A stretch of DNA of 62,291 nt, the filler included, from Myxococcota bacterium (lineage in GTDB: Bacteria; Myxococcota_C; UBA6777): NCBI GenBank assembly GCA_023150835.1. It is 2 parts of 2 records of this genome, joined end to end, with 100 filler letters (N's around TTAATTAATTAA, not from the genome) between each part and the next. Parts side by side here need not be neighbours in the genome. Positions count along the whole stretch, not along the records: positions 31,679 to 62,291 come from JAKLKB010000078.1; 1 more part is not named here. One strand, given 5' to 3'. Below are positions 47,907 to 57,317 of this stretch, in pieces. Under the pieces are notes generated by a model. It worked only from the letters and a program-made list of their open reading frames with translations, did no database searches and had not been told where the DNA came from. How positions within the stretch are numbered: position 1 is the first letter of the stretch; every line of letters begins with the position of its first letter. A program made the translations under genes and the position numbers.

Positions 47907-50210
47907 ATGCACCGTTCCTCACAACAAAACACCCTCTATCGGCTTTTTGGATGGCCTCTACTCGCTCTCTTCCTTGCGATCACCCCCTCCCTCGCTTGTG
48001 ATGGCCTCCCACCCACCGAGACCCTCCATGAACCCTCCGCCGAATCTTCCCAAGAACCCGCTCCCAACGAGCCTTCCACAGAATCCAAGACCGAATCTTC
48101 CCAAGATTCCGCTCCCATCGAACCCTCACAAGAATCCACAACCGAAATCTCACAAGAACCCGCACCATCCGAGCCTTCCACCGCAGAAACCACCACCGAA
48201 CCCGCCCCACCCGACCAAGAACCCGCACCCACCGAGTCGCCTCAAGAATCCACACAAGACGCCACCGCAGAACCCATTGCAGAACCCGACCCCACCGACG
48301 CACAAGAGCCGCTCCCCGAAACCAACACCGAAACCCAACCCGACGGCCTACCCGAAACCCAATCCGACGGCCTACCCGAAACCCAACCCGACGGCCTGCC
48401 TGCACTCCAAGTCAAAGCGATCAGCCTGCGCACTCCGTTGCTCGAAAACTCCGCACAAAGCGGGCTTCTCGAACGATCTGCGGATGGCAAAACGTGGCAT
48501 CGGATCCTCTGGCTCCCCGCTGGCTCGTTCTCTTTTACTTTTCAACTCGACAAGCAAACCGCTCCCGTCGGCATCCTTCAGCAATCCACATGGCCGCTGC
48601 AAGGCTTTCTCCAAACAGCCACCGCCCCGATCCAAACAAACACCCCACAACAAGGCCGTTATCGTATCACCGTCGACACCACAAACGCCTCGTTTCGCAT
48701 CGAAGCCCTCCCCGCCATCACTGCCGCCCGTCTCGTCGGCACATGGAACGCCCAAAGCAACCAGCAGATCGCCCTCGCTCTTGACGCCCAAACGGGCCTA
48801 TTTCAAGCCGATATCTCGATCAAGGCCGGCAATGCCACGTTTTCCCTCGAACTCCAACAACAAGGCGCTTGGCGACGCTATAGCCTTACCCACACACCCT
48901 ACAACGCCTTCCCACAAGGCGGAACCCTCGAAGAAAACACCTCTCCAAGTCTTTCTCTGATCCCACAAGACGACACCTACCGCTTTTCCATCGATCCCAA
49001 AGATCTCCGCTTTGCACTTCACTACACACCCGATGATCCGACTCTTCGCTACCAAGCCCTGCTCCAAGATCTCAGCACCCTCTCCGATCCTGCTCAAAAA
49101 AATGCGCGGATCCTCCCCTTCTTCCGACGCTTAACGGCCCTTCGACAGATCCCCATCGTCAAAGGCCGCGACGTTGTCTTCTTGCTGTGGTGGTCCATGC
49201 AAGCCCCCGCCTCCGTCGCTGGAACCTTCAACCAATGGCAAGCCGGACAACATACTCTCCAACGCATCGCTGGCACCGACTTTTATCACCTCAAACTCAC
49301 CATGACACAAGATTCCCAATACGCCTACAAATTCGTTGACTCCGCAGCCACCCCTCAATGGATCACAGACCCCGTCAATCGGCGATTTGAATACGGCCCT
49401 TTCGGCTCCAACTCCCTCTTCAATACCGACGCCACCACCGACACCAGCACACTCGAACAACACAACGAATTCTCCGCCACCAAGCTCCAAAACAAACGCA
49501 AGCTCATCGTCTACCTCCCCCCCAACTATCGCAGCGCCAAAACCCGCTATCCCGTCTTGTATATGCACGACGGACAAAACCTCTTTGATGATCAAGCGAT
49601 CTGGGGCGGATGGGGCGTCAAAAGCTGGGCCGATCAGATGATCAAAGCTGGACAACTCAAGCCTTTTATCGTCGTCGGGGTCGAAAACACCATCGGCAGA
49701 ATGGACGAATACACCCACACCACCGACAAGATCAGCGGAACCTCTACCGGAGGCAAAGCCAACGACTACGCCGACTTCTTGCTCAAAGATATCAAACCCT
49801 ACATCGACGGGCTTTATCGCACACATCCCGATCACCGCCACACCGCCGTAATGGGCTCTTCGCTTGGTGGCTTGATCTCTCTTTGGCTGGGCGTCCATTA
49901 TCCCCGTACCTTCTTCCGCATCGGTGCCCTCTCTAGCACCTTTGGATGGGGCAAGATCGCAGCAAACAACCCCACCCTCGGCGAGATCTTCCAAAACAAA
50001 GGCTTCCAAAACCTCGTCGTCTACATCGATTCGGGCTCCCCCCAAGACAACTATCAAGTCACCCTCCAGATGCGAGACACCATGCGACAACTCGGCTACC
50101 TCGACGATCTCAACCTACTCCATTACGTCGAACAAAACGCCATCCACAACGAAAAAGCATGGCGTGACCGCCTCCATCGCCCCCTTTCTTTCCTCCTCTC
50201 TTGGCCCTGA
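47907..50210 (+). CDS. Lipoprotein alpha/beta-hydrolase (esterase family) with CBM48-like domain
   Basis: Lipobox SLAC; E/P/S/T linker; VAGTFNQW...YAYKFVD...WITDP.N; YPVLYMHDGQNLF, GSSLGG nucleophile elbow, HNEKAW. Confidence 0.9.
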   Translation: MHRSSQQNTLYRLFGWPLLALFLAITPSLACDGLPPTETLHEPSAESSQEPAPNEPSTESKTESSQDSAPIEPSQESTTEISQEPAPSEPSTAETTTEPAPPDQEPAPTESPQESTQDATAEPIAEPDPTDAQEPLPETNTETQPDGLPETQSDGLPETQPDGLPALQVKAISLRTPLLENSAQSGLLERSADGKTWHRILWLPAGSFSFTFQLDKQTAPVGILQQSTWPLQGFLQTATAPIQTNTPQQGRYRITVDTTNASFRIEALPAITAARLVGTWNAQSNQQIALALDAQTGLFQADISIKAGNATFSLELQQQGAWRRYSLTHTPYNAFPQGGTLEENTSPSLSLIPQDDTYRFSIDPKDLRFALHYTPDDPTLRYQALLQDLSTLSDPAQKNARILPFFRRLTALRQIPIVKGRDVVFLLWWSMQAPASVAGTFNQWQAGQHTLQRIAGTDFYHLKLTMTQDSQYAYKFVDSAATPQWITDPVNRRFEYGPFGSNSLFNTDATTDTSTLEQHNEFSATKLQNKRKLIVYLPPNYRSAKTRYPVLYMHDGQNLFDDQAIWGGWGVKSWADQMIKAGQLKPFIVVGVENTIGRMDEYTHTTDKISGTSTGGKANDYADFLLKDIKPYIDGLYRTHPDHRHTAVMGSSLGGLISLWLGVHYPRTFFRIGALSSTFGWGKIAANNPTLGEIFQNKGFQNLVVYIDSGSPQDNYQVTLQMRDTMRQLGYLDDLNLLHYVEQNAIHNEKAWRDRLHRPLSFLLSWP

Positions 50211-50243
50211 TCGATCCACACGCCCCTCTCTCTCTCTCCCAAC

Positions 50244-52562
50244 CTACTTGCCCACGCTCCTTTTTCGCACACCAAACGACAAGGGCTTTGGCCCGATATC
50301 AAACAGCCTCGTAAACAAAAACAACAAAAACAACAAACCAAACGTCGCCGCCAACCCGATCCCCACAAACGACCGTCTATTCTCCGCGATCCGCTGCTCC
50401 ACGTCCTCCTGCGTTCGCCTCACCACCAACACCGCACGCACCCGATTGCTCTTCGTCAATTGCGACGTACCCGCCCAACCATAACCCACATTCAAAGCCT
50501 TCCCAGTCTCCCCATGACACGCTTGACAGGGCTTTCCATTCGGAACTGGCCAATACACCGTCAACACCTTGTTTTCTCCAAACAACTCCATAAAAGAAAC
50601 CGCCCTCTCCTTTGTCAACGCATCGTTCCAACGATCCTTTTCAACCCGAAAAGCCGTCTTCTTTTGCGCCAACAACCCTTTGTGCGCTTGATCGATATTC
50701 AAAAAACCGATGCGCTTGAGCTCGCTGACTTTGGACAATAGCTTCGGATGCTTCTGCTTGATCCATTCAAGAACCTTCGGATCAGACAAGCGTTTCTCCA
50801 CAAACTGCCGCGTCGAAAGATCCGTGTACGCATACGTCTTGTCCAATCGCACCACTTCGATCGACGCGATGGTCTTGTCTTTTCGGAGCTTTGACACCAA
50901 CTCCCGCACGATATCCGCCCGCCCCTCAACCATATTGGCCCCGATCGCTCGCTGAAGCGTGGCCGCTTGATCCAACGCTGCCTTGCGATCTTGTTCCCGT
51001 AATGCCTGCCCCGTGTTGTGCAGATTGAACACCAACAGCGAACCAAACGCGAACACCATCACCAACAACAAACCCAACACCGACGCAACCCCCGCAAAGA
51101 CCGCACGATTCCGACGCATCAACTTCTGAAATCGCTCTGCACGTGTCAATGGGTGCGCCTTGATCGGCTTTTCCGCAAGATACGCATCGATATCGTCTGC
51201 AAAATCCGCCGCCGACGCATAACGCCGCCCCGCCTCCTTCTCCATCGCTTTCAAACACAAAATGTCCAATTCTTGCGGAATCTTCCGCCCCAAAACACGC
51301 TGCGCCACCTCTGACGGTGCCTCCACCTCGTTCGAGATCACCTGCATCATTAACGAAAACAACGTATCTCCCACAAACGGCACCCGACCCGTCAACAAGT
51401 GAAACATCGTCGCTCCCAACGAATACACATCGCTCAACGGACCCACATACTGCACTTCCCCATTCGCCTGCTCGGGCGACATATAATACGGCGTCCCCAT
51501 CGTCGCTTTGGTCGCCGTCAAATTCAGCCCTTGTTCGCGATCTTTCGCGATCCCAAAATCCATGATGTACGGCTCGCCTTGTTGATCGATCAAGATGTTG
51601 TCTGGTTTGACGTCTCGATGCACAATCCCCCGTCGATGCGCATAATCCAACGCACGACAACACTTGCTCAAGATCTGTAGCCCCCGCCTCATCGCCTCCT
51701 CGCTCTGCTCGTCTATTAGATCTTGAAACGTCTTCCCCTCGATCCAATCCATCACAAAATAAAACGTCCCCGGCTCTTCTCCCGCATCAAACACCGAGAT
51801 GATGTTCGGATGCCGCAGCCTCCCCGCAAGCATCGCCTCATTTTGAAACCGCAAGATCGTTGCTTCGTTGATCTGTTTCCCAACCTTCATCACCTTGATC
51901 GCACAAAAACGACACAGATTCAGCGAATACGCCTTGTAAACCTTCCCCATACCCCCTTCTCCTATCTCCCCAAGCAGATCATAAGCCCCCAAACGACCGA
52001 TCACATCGGTCGAAGAATACGGCAACGCAAATGCTTGCTGCTCATCCCCCTGCAACACACGACGATCTCCCATCGCCGTTGTCAGCACCCCGTCTCGATA
52101 ACGCCGCAACTGCTTTGCGCGTACCGTCTGACTCCCGCCTCTCGCCTTCCCACCTGTCGCACGACCCTCCACAACGCCCACCACCACCGAAACAGCGTTC
52201 TCGCCCGTCGCCTCAAACGCAACGTCTCCACCTTCCAACACCGTCCTTCCCGCCTTCTCCTCATCAAACACCGTCCTTCCCGCCTTCTCCTCATCAAACA
52301 CCGTCCTTCCCGCCTTCTCCTCATCAAACACCGTCCTTCCCGCCTTCTCCTCATCAAACACCGTCCTTCCCCCCGTATCCGCCCCAATGACCGCTTCTTC
52401 GACCTCCCCCACAACAAACACATCCACCGCTGTACGTTCGGGGCGCTCGTCCAACGTATTTGCGAAAAGATCCCATCCACCCACGCTTTTGACACGCCCT
52501 TCCTGATCGCCGATCACCCGTTTCTTGCTCGAACCCTCTTCGCTCTTTTTCTCGCTTGACAT
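50244..52562 (-). CDS. Hanks-type Ser/Thr kinase with a C-terminal 2-TM periplasmic c-type heme (CxxCH) domain
   Basis: GEGGMGKV, CAIK, HRDVKPDN, DFG, GTPYYMSPE; TM1, then PVPNGKPCQACH (CQACH at 50514-50528), then TM2; GGGAGGAG upstream. Confidence 0.9.
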   Translation of the reverse strand: MSSEKKSEEGSSKKRVIGDQEGRVKSVGGWDLFANTLDERPERTAVDVFVVGEVEEAVIGADTGGRTVFDEEKAGRTVFDEEKAGRTVFDEEKAGRTVFDEEKAGRTVLEGGDVAFEATGENAVSVVVGVVEGRATGGKARGGSQTVRAKQLRRYRDGVLTTAMGDRRVLQGDEQQAFALPYSSTDVIGRLGAYDLLGEIGEGGMGKVYKAYSLNLCRFCAIKVMKVGKQINEATILRFQNEAMLAGRLRHPNIISVFDAGEEPGTFYFVMDWIEGKTFQDLIDEQSEEAMRRGLQILSKCCRALDYAHRRGIVHRDVKPDNILIDQQGEPYIMDFGIAKDREQGLNLTATKATMGTPYYMSPEQANGEVQYVGPLSDVYSLGATMFHLLTGRVPFVGDTLFSLMMQVISNEVEAPSEVAQRVLGRKIPQELDILCLKAMEKEAGRRYASAADFADDIDAYLAEKPIKAHPLTRAERFQKLMRRNRAVFAGVASVLGLLLVMVFAFGSLLVFNLHNTGQALREQDRKAALDQAATLQRAIGANMVEGRADIVRELVSKLRKDKTIASIEVVRLDKTYAYTDLSTRQFVEKRLSDPKVLEWIKQKHPKLLSKVSELKRIGFLNIDQAHKGLLAQKKTAFRVEKDRWNDALTKERAVSFMELFGENKVLTVYWPVPNGKPCQACHGETGKALNVGYGWAGTSQLTKSNRVRAVLVVRRTQEDVEQRIAENRRSFVGIGLAATFGLLFLLFLFTRLFDIGPKPLSFGVRKRSVGK
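52237..52371. repeat. Perfect 30-bp in-frame tandem repeat (4.5 copies) in the kinase N-terminus
   Basis: AACACCGTCCTTCCCGCCTTCTCCTCATCA; encodes GRTVFDEEKA on the minus strand. Confidence 0.97.
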
Positions 52563-52767
52563 CACTCGCTCCTCCCAGCACAGGGCTTACGCAGATCGGT
52601 TTGCTTGGCGGGGCTTTCCCTCACACCCCACAAAATCACCTTGACAAATCCCCCCTCTTTTGCCTATCTATTCGCTCGCCTTGCGCCCCTGTTGATGGCG
52701 ATAGTTCTCCATTTTACACAGATTTCAAGGTCTTACACCTTGTTTGCATACCCCAAAGGAGTTTCTC

Positions 52768-53019
52768 ATGAAAGCAGATATCCATCCCAAATACAACCAT
52801 GTGATCTTTACCGACGGCGACTGGGAACTCGTCACCCGCTCCACCATGAAAAGCAACGAAGTCAAAAGCATCAACGGCGTTGATCACTACGTGATCCCCC
52901 TCTCCGTTAGTGCTTATACGCACCCTTTCTGGAACGGTGGTAGCCAACGCTTTGTCGACACCGCAGGTCGCCTTGAGCGCTTCCAACGCAAATACGCCCG
53001 ACCCGCTCGCAAAGCCTAA
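52768..53019 (+). CDS. rpmE: 50S ribosomal protein L31, type B (Cys-free)
   Basis: MKADIHPKY, TRST, THPFW, VDTAGRLERF; no cysteines; AAAGGAG upstream; TTGACA at 52641. Confidence 0.95.
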   Translation: MKADIHPKYNHVIFTDGDWELVTRSTMKSNEVKSINGVDHYVIPLSVSAYTHPFWNGGSQRFVDTAGRLERFQRKYARPARKA

Positions 53020-53024
53020 TCCCT

Positions 53025-53094
53025 CATCGCGTCTCTCCCATCGCGTCTCTCCCATCGCGTCTCTCCCATCGCGTCTCTCCCATCGTGTCTCCCA
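53025..53094. repeat. 14-bp tandem repeat, 5 copies, just after the rpmE stop
   Basis: Unit CATCGCGTCTCTCC; last copy imperfect. Confidence 0.92.
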
Positions 53095-53337
53095 CCCAAA
53101 ACCTCCGTTTCAGCCCCGAAGGGCTTGGGCAACGAGCCGCGTCACCCTCGCCCATCGTTCCTCACCCTTCAACCCCCGTTTTACCGCCGCTCTTCCTCAA
53201 AGCAAAAACTCTATGCTTATTCAATAGATAACAGGCATAATTTTCATCTTTTTTGCGATTGTTTATCGGCTCCTCTATGCTCCAAAACGAAAGGCCCACC
53301 ACAACGGACCCCCGACTCTTGGACAGGAGATCTGCCG

Positions 53338-53652
53338 ATGACACTCGAAGAAATGAAACAAATGGCCTACTGGCACGCCGACGCAGAAACACCCGGCCCT
53401 TTTTGCCCGGGATGCTACTCTCCCTTGCACGGCGATCTTGCTTTCTTTTGGCACAAACAATGTTTCCTTGGCCTTGCTGGACCTGCCCCTCTGCCCACCG
53501 CAACCCCACAAAACCGACGCCGACAACCGCCTGCCCCACCACGCCTCGCCCCACAACATCGCCAACCTCCGCCTTCCTACACCCAACAACCCTCCCAATC
53601 CTTCGAGGCTTTCTCTCGCCCTGTCCTCCGCTGTCATCCCTCTTCTCGTTAA
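53338..53652 (+). CDS. Small hypothetical protein with a C-x2-C-x12-H-x2-C motif and Pro-rich tail
   Basis: AGGAG 8 nt before the ATG at 53338; CPGC...WHKQCF. Confidence 0.5.
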   Translation: MTLEEMKQMAYWHADAETPGPFCPGCYSPLHGDLAFFWHKQCFLGLAGPAPLPTATPQNRRRQPPAPPRLAPQHRQPPPSYTQQPSQSFEAFSRPVLRCHPSSR

Positions 53653-53924
53653 AAACGCCGTCCCTTCTCTCCTCTCAAAAATAACTCCGTTTGTTTGGGC
53701 GCTTGACGAAGCAGCGTCGATCCGTATGCTGACGGGCGTTGGGTGTTGACACAAAGCTTCTCGAAACGGCCCTCCCAACCCCGAAAGACGTACCTCCCAC
53801 AGGTACAAAGACATCCCAAGGAAAGAAACTGGGAGCGGCGTTTCTGTTGTGTCGCCTTCAAAGCGACCGTTCCGAGCATCCCCACCGCGCCCCCAGACCT
53901 CCATCCCAAGCGGAGAGACCCACC

Positions 53925-54680
53925 ATGCACCGCACCAAAGAACAGAAAGACCTTCCATGGCAAGCAGGACGCAACAGCAGCCCCGCTTGTTTGTCTTGCG
54001 ACAAACGCCTTCACAACCAATGGAAAGTCCTTGATGAAGAGCAGCTTCGCGACCTCAACACCGTCAAGTCGTGCAACACCTACCAACCCGGGCAAGTGAT
54101 CTTCTACCAAGGCAACCCATGTATGGGCCTTTATTGCATCGAATCTGGAACGGTTGCTCTGCGCAAGATCGATATACACGGAAACAGCGTCGTGATCAAG
54201 CTTGCCCATGACGGGCAAACCCTCGGCTATCGCGCCTTTTTCTCCAACACAGAGTACTCCGTCTCCGCAGAAGCCGTCACGGCTTGCCGTGTCTGCTTTA
54301 TTCCCCGTGACTTTGTTCGTGATATCTTGCTCAAAAACCTCCAATTCGGCTATGAGTACCTTTCTCGCCTTGCCACCGACCTCGGCGAGTCCGAAGACGA
54401 GAAAATGAAGATGTCCACGCTCCCTGTCCGTACCCGCCTCGCGCATCTTCTGCTTTCCCTCAAAGAACACTACGGACACGTCGATGACGACGGCGTCCTC
54501 ACCATCGAGCTCCCCATCTCCCGCCAAGATATGGCTTCCATGCTCGCCATCCGCCCCGAAACTTTATCTCGAGCGATCCGCGCTCTCGAAAAAGATGAGG
54601 TCGCCCTCTTTGACCGCCAAGCCGCCTCCATCGCTGATCTCGACGCCCTACTCGATGAGATCGAAAATCCCATCCCCTAA
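53925..54680 (+). CDS. Crp/Fnr family transcriptional regulator
   Basis: N-terminal CLSC, cNMP-type barrel (IFYQG, SGTVAL, GQTLGYR), RTRLA, HTH SRQDMASMLAIRPETLSR; immediately upstream of cco. Confidence 0.92.
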   Translation: MHRTKEQKDLPWQAGRNSSPACLSCDKRLHNQWKVLDEEQLRDLNTVKSCNTYQPGQVIFYQGNPCMGLYCIESGTVALRKIDIHGNSVVIKLAHDGQTLGYRAFFSNTEYSVSAEAVTACRVCFIPRDFVRDILLKNLQFGYEYLSRLATDLGESEDEKMKMSTLPVRTRLAHLLLSLKEHYGHVDDDGVLTIELPISRQDMASMLAIRPETLSRAIRALEKDEVALFDRQAASIADLDALLDEIENPIP

Positions 54681-54785
54681 CGCTTGCCACTTCTACCCGA
54701 TGGATTCGCGTCCTCTTTCAAACGCCCACAGTTCGCAACCATACGTGCGGACTTCATCTCGCAAACACAAACACCGAGGAATCCG

Positions 54786-57074
54786 ATGGAACATGTCGCT
54801 GAATCGCAACGGCTCGAAAAGTTTGTTTATGACGACGATATCACACGCAAATTCGTCTTCGCCACAGTCCTTTGGGGAATCGTGGGGATGCTTGTCGGAT
54901 TGATCGTCGCCTTTCAACTCGTCTTGCCGTGGCTCAATCTTGAAATCGAGTGGTTGACCTTTGGCCGCCTGCGTCCCCTTCACACCAACGCCGTGATCTT
55001 TGCTTTTGCCTGCAACGCTGTCTTTGCCGGTATGTACTACTCCAGCCAACGCTTGCTCAAAACCCGTATGTTTAGCGACATGATGAGCCGCATCCACTTC
55101 TGGGGCTGGCAGTTGATCATCGTGATCGCCGCCATCACCCTCCCGCTCGGCATCACCCAATCCAAGGAGTATGCAGAACTTGAGTGGTGGGTCGATCTCC
55201 TGATCACAGCGGTTTGGGTGATCTTTTCCATTAACTTCTTTTTAACCATCCGTATCCGCCGTGAGCGCCATCTCTACGTCGCGATCTGGTTTTACATCGC
55301 TTCGCTGATCGCCGTCGCGATGCTTCATCTCTTCAACAACCTTGTCATCCCCGTCAGTTTGACCAAAAGTTATCCCATCTATTCGGGGGTTCAAGACGCT
55401 TTCATGCAGTGGTGGTACGGACACAACGCCGTCGCTTTTGTCCTCACCACGCCCTTCTTGGGCATGATGTACTACTTTATGCCCAAAGCCGCCGAACGGC
55501 CCGTCTACTCTTACCGCCTTTCGATCCTCCACTTTTGGACGCTGATCTTCCTCTATATCTGGGCGGGCCCCCACCACCTCCATTACACCGCACTCCCGGG
55601 GTGGGCGAGCACCCTTGGGATGGTCTTCTCCATCATGTTGTGGATGCCCTCATGGGGGGGCATGATCAACGGCTTGCTCACCTTGCGCGGCGCATGGCAC
55701 AAAGTCGCCCGTGATCCCGTCCTCAAATTCATGGTCGTCGCCATCACCTTCTACGGCATGTCCACCTTTGAAGGCCCCTTGCTCTCCATCAAGTCCGTCA
55801 ACGCACTCGGCCACTATACCGACTGGATCATCGGTCACGTACACAACGGAACCCTCGGATGGAACGGCTTTTTAGCCTTTGGCATGGTGTACTGGTTGAT
55901 GCCTCGCTTGTTCCAAAACACGATCTGGAAACCCCAATGGGTCGAGCTACACTTCTGGATCGGCACCATCGGCATCTTGCTTTATATCGTTTCGATGTAC
56001 GTCGCAGGCATCACCCAAGGCTTGATGTGGCGCGCTTTTGATCCCAAAACCGGCCTGCTCGCCTACCCCGACTTCGTCGATACTGTCATGAACATCCGTT
56101 ACTTCTACTGGGGCCGCGCTCTCGGCGGAACTCTCTATCTCACAGGCGCTATCCTCTGCGGGATCAACCTCTATATGACGTGGGCCACGCGCACCAAAAA
56201 AGAATATGACGAAGAGATCCAAGAAGCCCCTGCCCTCCAAAACATCCACTTCGGCGAGATGAAAACCCCTTCGCGTCTGCGCGAGCGCGGCGCACACGTC
56301 GCCGATATCGCCTACAAGATCGAAGCCCTGATCCAACTTTATTGGCACCGCAAATGGGAGCGCTTGCCCCTCACCTTGACTGTCATGGTCGTCATCGCCG
56401 TAGGTTCCGCCTCCCTCTTCGAGATCATCCCCACCTTTGCCATCAAGTCCAACGTCCCCAAGATCGCCTCCGTTAAGCCCTATACTCCGCTCGAATTGGC
56501 TGGACGCGATATCTATGTCAGCGAAGGCTGCTACAACTGCCACTCCCAAATGGTTCGCCCCATGCGTGCTGAAACCGAACGCTACAACTTCCCAACCGTC
56601 GACCCCAACGCCTCTTTCGCAAGCCAAAGCTACAGCAAGCCCGGGGAGTTTATCTACGATCATCCCTTCCAATGGGGTTCTCGACGCATCGGACCTGACC
56701 TCCACCGCGAAGGAGGCCGCCGTACCGACGATTGGCACTACAAACACATGATGAACCCTCGCGGTACCCAAGGCGAAGTCCTTGTCGAAAACTCCATCAT
56801 GCCCCCCTATCCGTGGCTTGCGCACAAACCCACCGACTTCTCGATCCTCCCCAAAAAGATCTGGGCCATGCGCTTACTTGGCGTACCTTACACGCTCGAA
56901 CAAGAAAAAACCTCCATCCAACACGCCAAAGCCCAAGCCAAAGAGATCGCCGATCGCATCCGCATGAAGGGCATCCCCGGCAAGCACGAAGACAAACAGA
57001 TCATCGCCCTGATCGCTTATCTCCAACGCCTCGGAACCGACATCCTCAAAGAATATCAAAACAATAGAATGTGA
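54786..57074 (+). CDS. ccoN: cbb3-type cytochrome c oxidase, fused subunits I/II (CcoNO)
   Basis: FGRLRPLHTN, QWWYGHNA, WAGPHHL, GHVH, then CcoO-type GRDIYVSEGCYNCHSQMVRP, WGSRRIGPDL, SIMPPY in a single frame. Confidence 0.97.
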   Translation: MEHVAESQRLEKFVYDDDITRKFVFATVLWGIVGMLVGLIVAFQLVLPWLNLEIEWLTFGRLRPLHTNAVIFAFACNAVFAGMYYSSQRLLKTRMFSDMMSRIHFWGWQLIIVIAAITLPLGITQSKEYAELEWWVDLLITAVWVIFSINFFLTIRIRRERHLYVAIWFYIASLIAVAMLHLFNNLVIPVSLTKSYPIYSGVQDAFMQWWYGHNAVAFVLTTPFLGMMYYFMPKAAERPVYSYRLSILHFWTLIFLYIWAGPHHLHYTALPGWASTLGMVFSIMLWMPSWGGMINGLLTLRGAWHKVARDPVLKFMVVAITFYGMSTFEGPLLSIKSVNALGHYTDWIIGHVHNGTLGWNGFLAFGMVYWLMPRLFQNTIWKPQWVELHFWIGTIGILLYIVSMYVAGITQGLMWRAFDPKTGLLAYPDFVDTVMNIRYFYWGRALGGTLYLTGAILCGINLYMTWATRTKKEYDEEIQEAPALQNIHFGEMKTPSRLRERGAHVADIAYKIEALIQLYWHRKWERLPLTLTVMVVIAVGSASLFEIIPTFAIKSNVPKIASVKPYTPLELAGRDIYVSEGCYNCHSQMVRPMRAETERYNFPTVDPNASFASQSYSKPGEFIYDHPFQWGSRRIGPDLHREGGRRTDDWHYKHMMNPRGTQGEVLVENSIMPPYPWLAHKPTDFSILPKKIWAMRLLGVPYTLEQEKTSIQHAKAQAKEIADRIRMKGIPGKHEDKQIIALIAYLQRLGTDILKEYQNNRM

Positions 57075-57083
57075 GTTTTCTCG

Positions 57084-57317
57084 ATGCGAATCAGCGAGAT
57101 CGTCTCCAATGCCAGCCGCAGCACCTTGTGGGTCGAGATGGCACTTGTCCTGTTTTTTACAGTCTTTGTCGGCGTCATCTTCTATCTTTGGTTCTTGATC
57201 AAGCCCGAAGCGCTCGAACGCGCCGCACAAATGCCCCTTGATGACCTCCACCCCCAAGAGCCGCTCACCCTTCCAAAAGACCCACACGCCGACCACGCAC
57301 ACAAAGGAGAACGTTAA
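57084..57317 (+). CDS. ccoQ: cbb3 oxidase subunit CcoQ
   Basis: Short single-TM protein (FFTVFVGV...AQMPL) between ccoNO and ccoP. Confidence 0.85.
   Translation: MRISEIVSNASRSTLWVEMALVLFFTVFVGVIFYLWFLIKPEALERAAQMPLDDLHPQEPLTLPKDPHADHAHKGER

Noticed and set aside
52693-52740. GGCGATAGTTCTCC upstream of rpmE as a fluoride riboswitch
   Set aside because: Only a partial resemblance; the downstream pseudoknot partner is not evident and the gene context does not fit. An Rfam scan would settle it.
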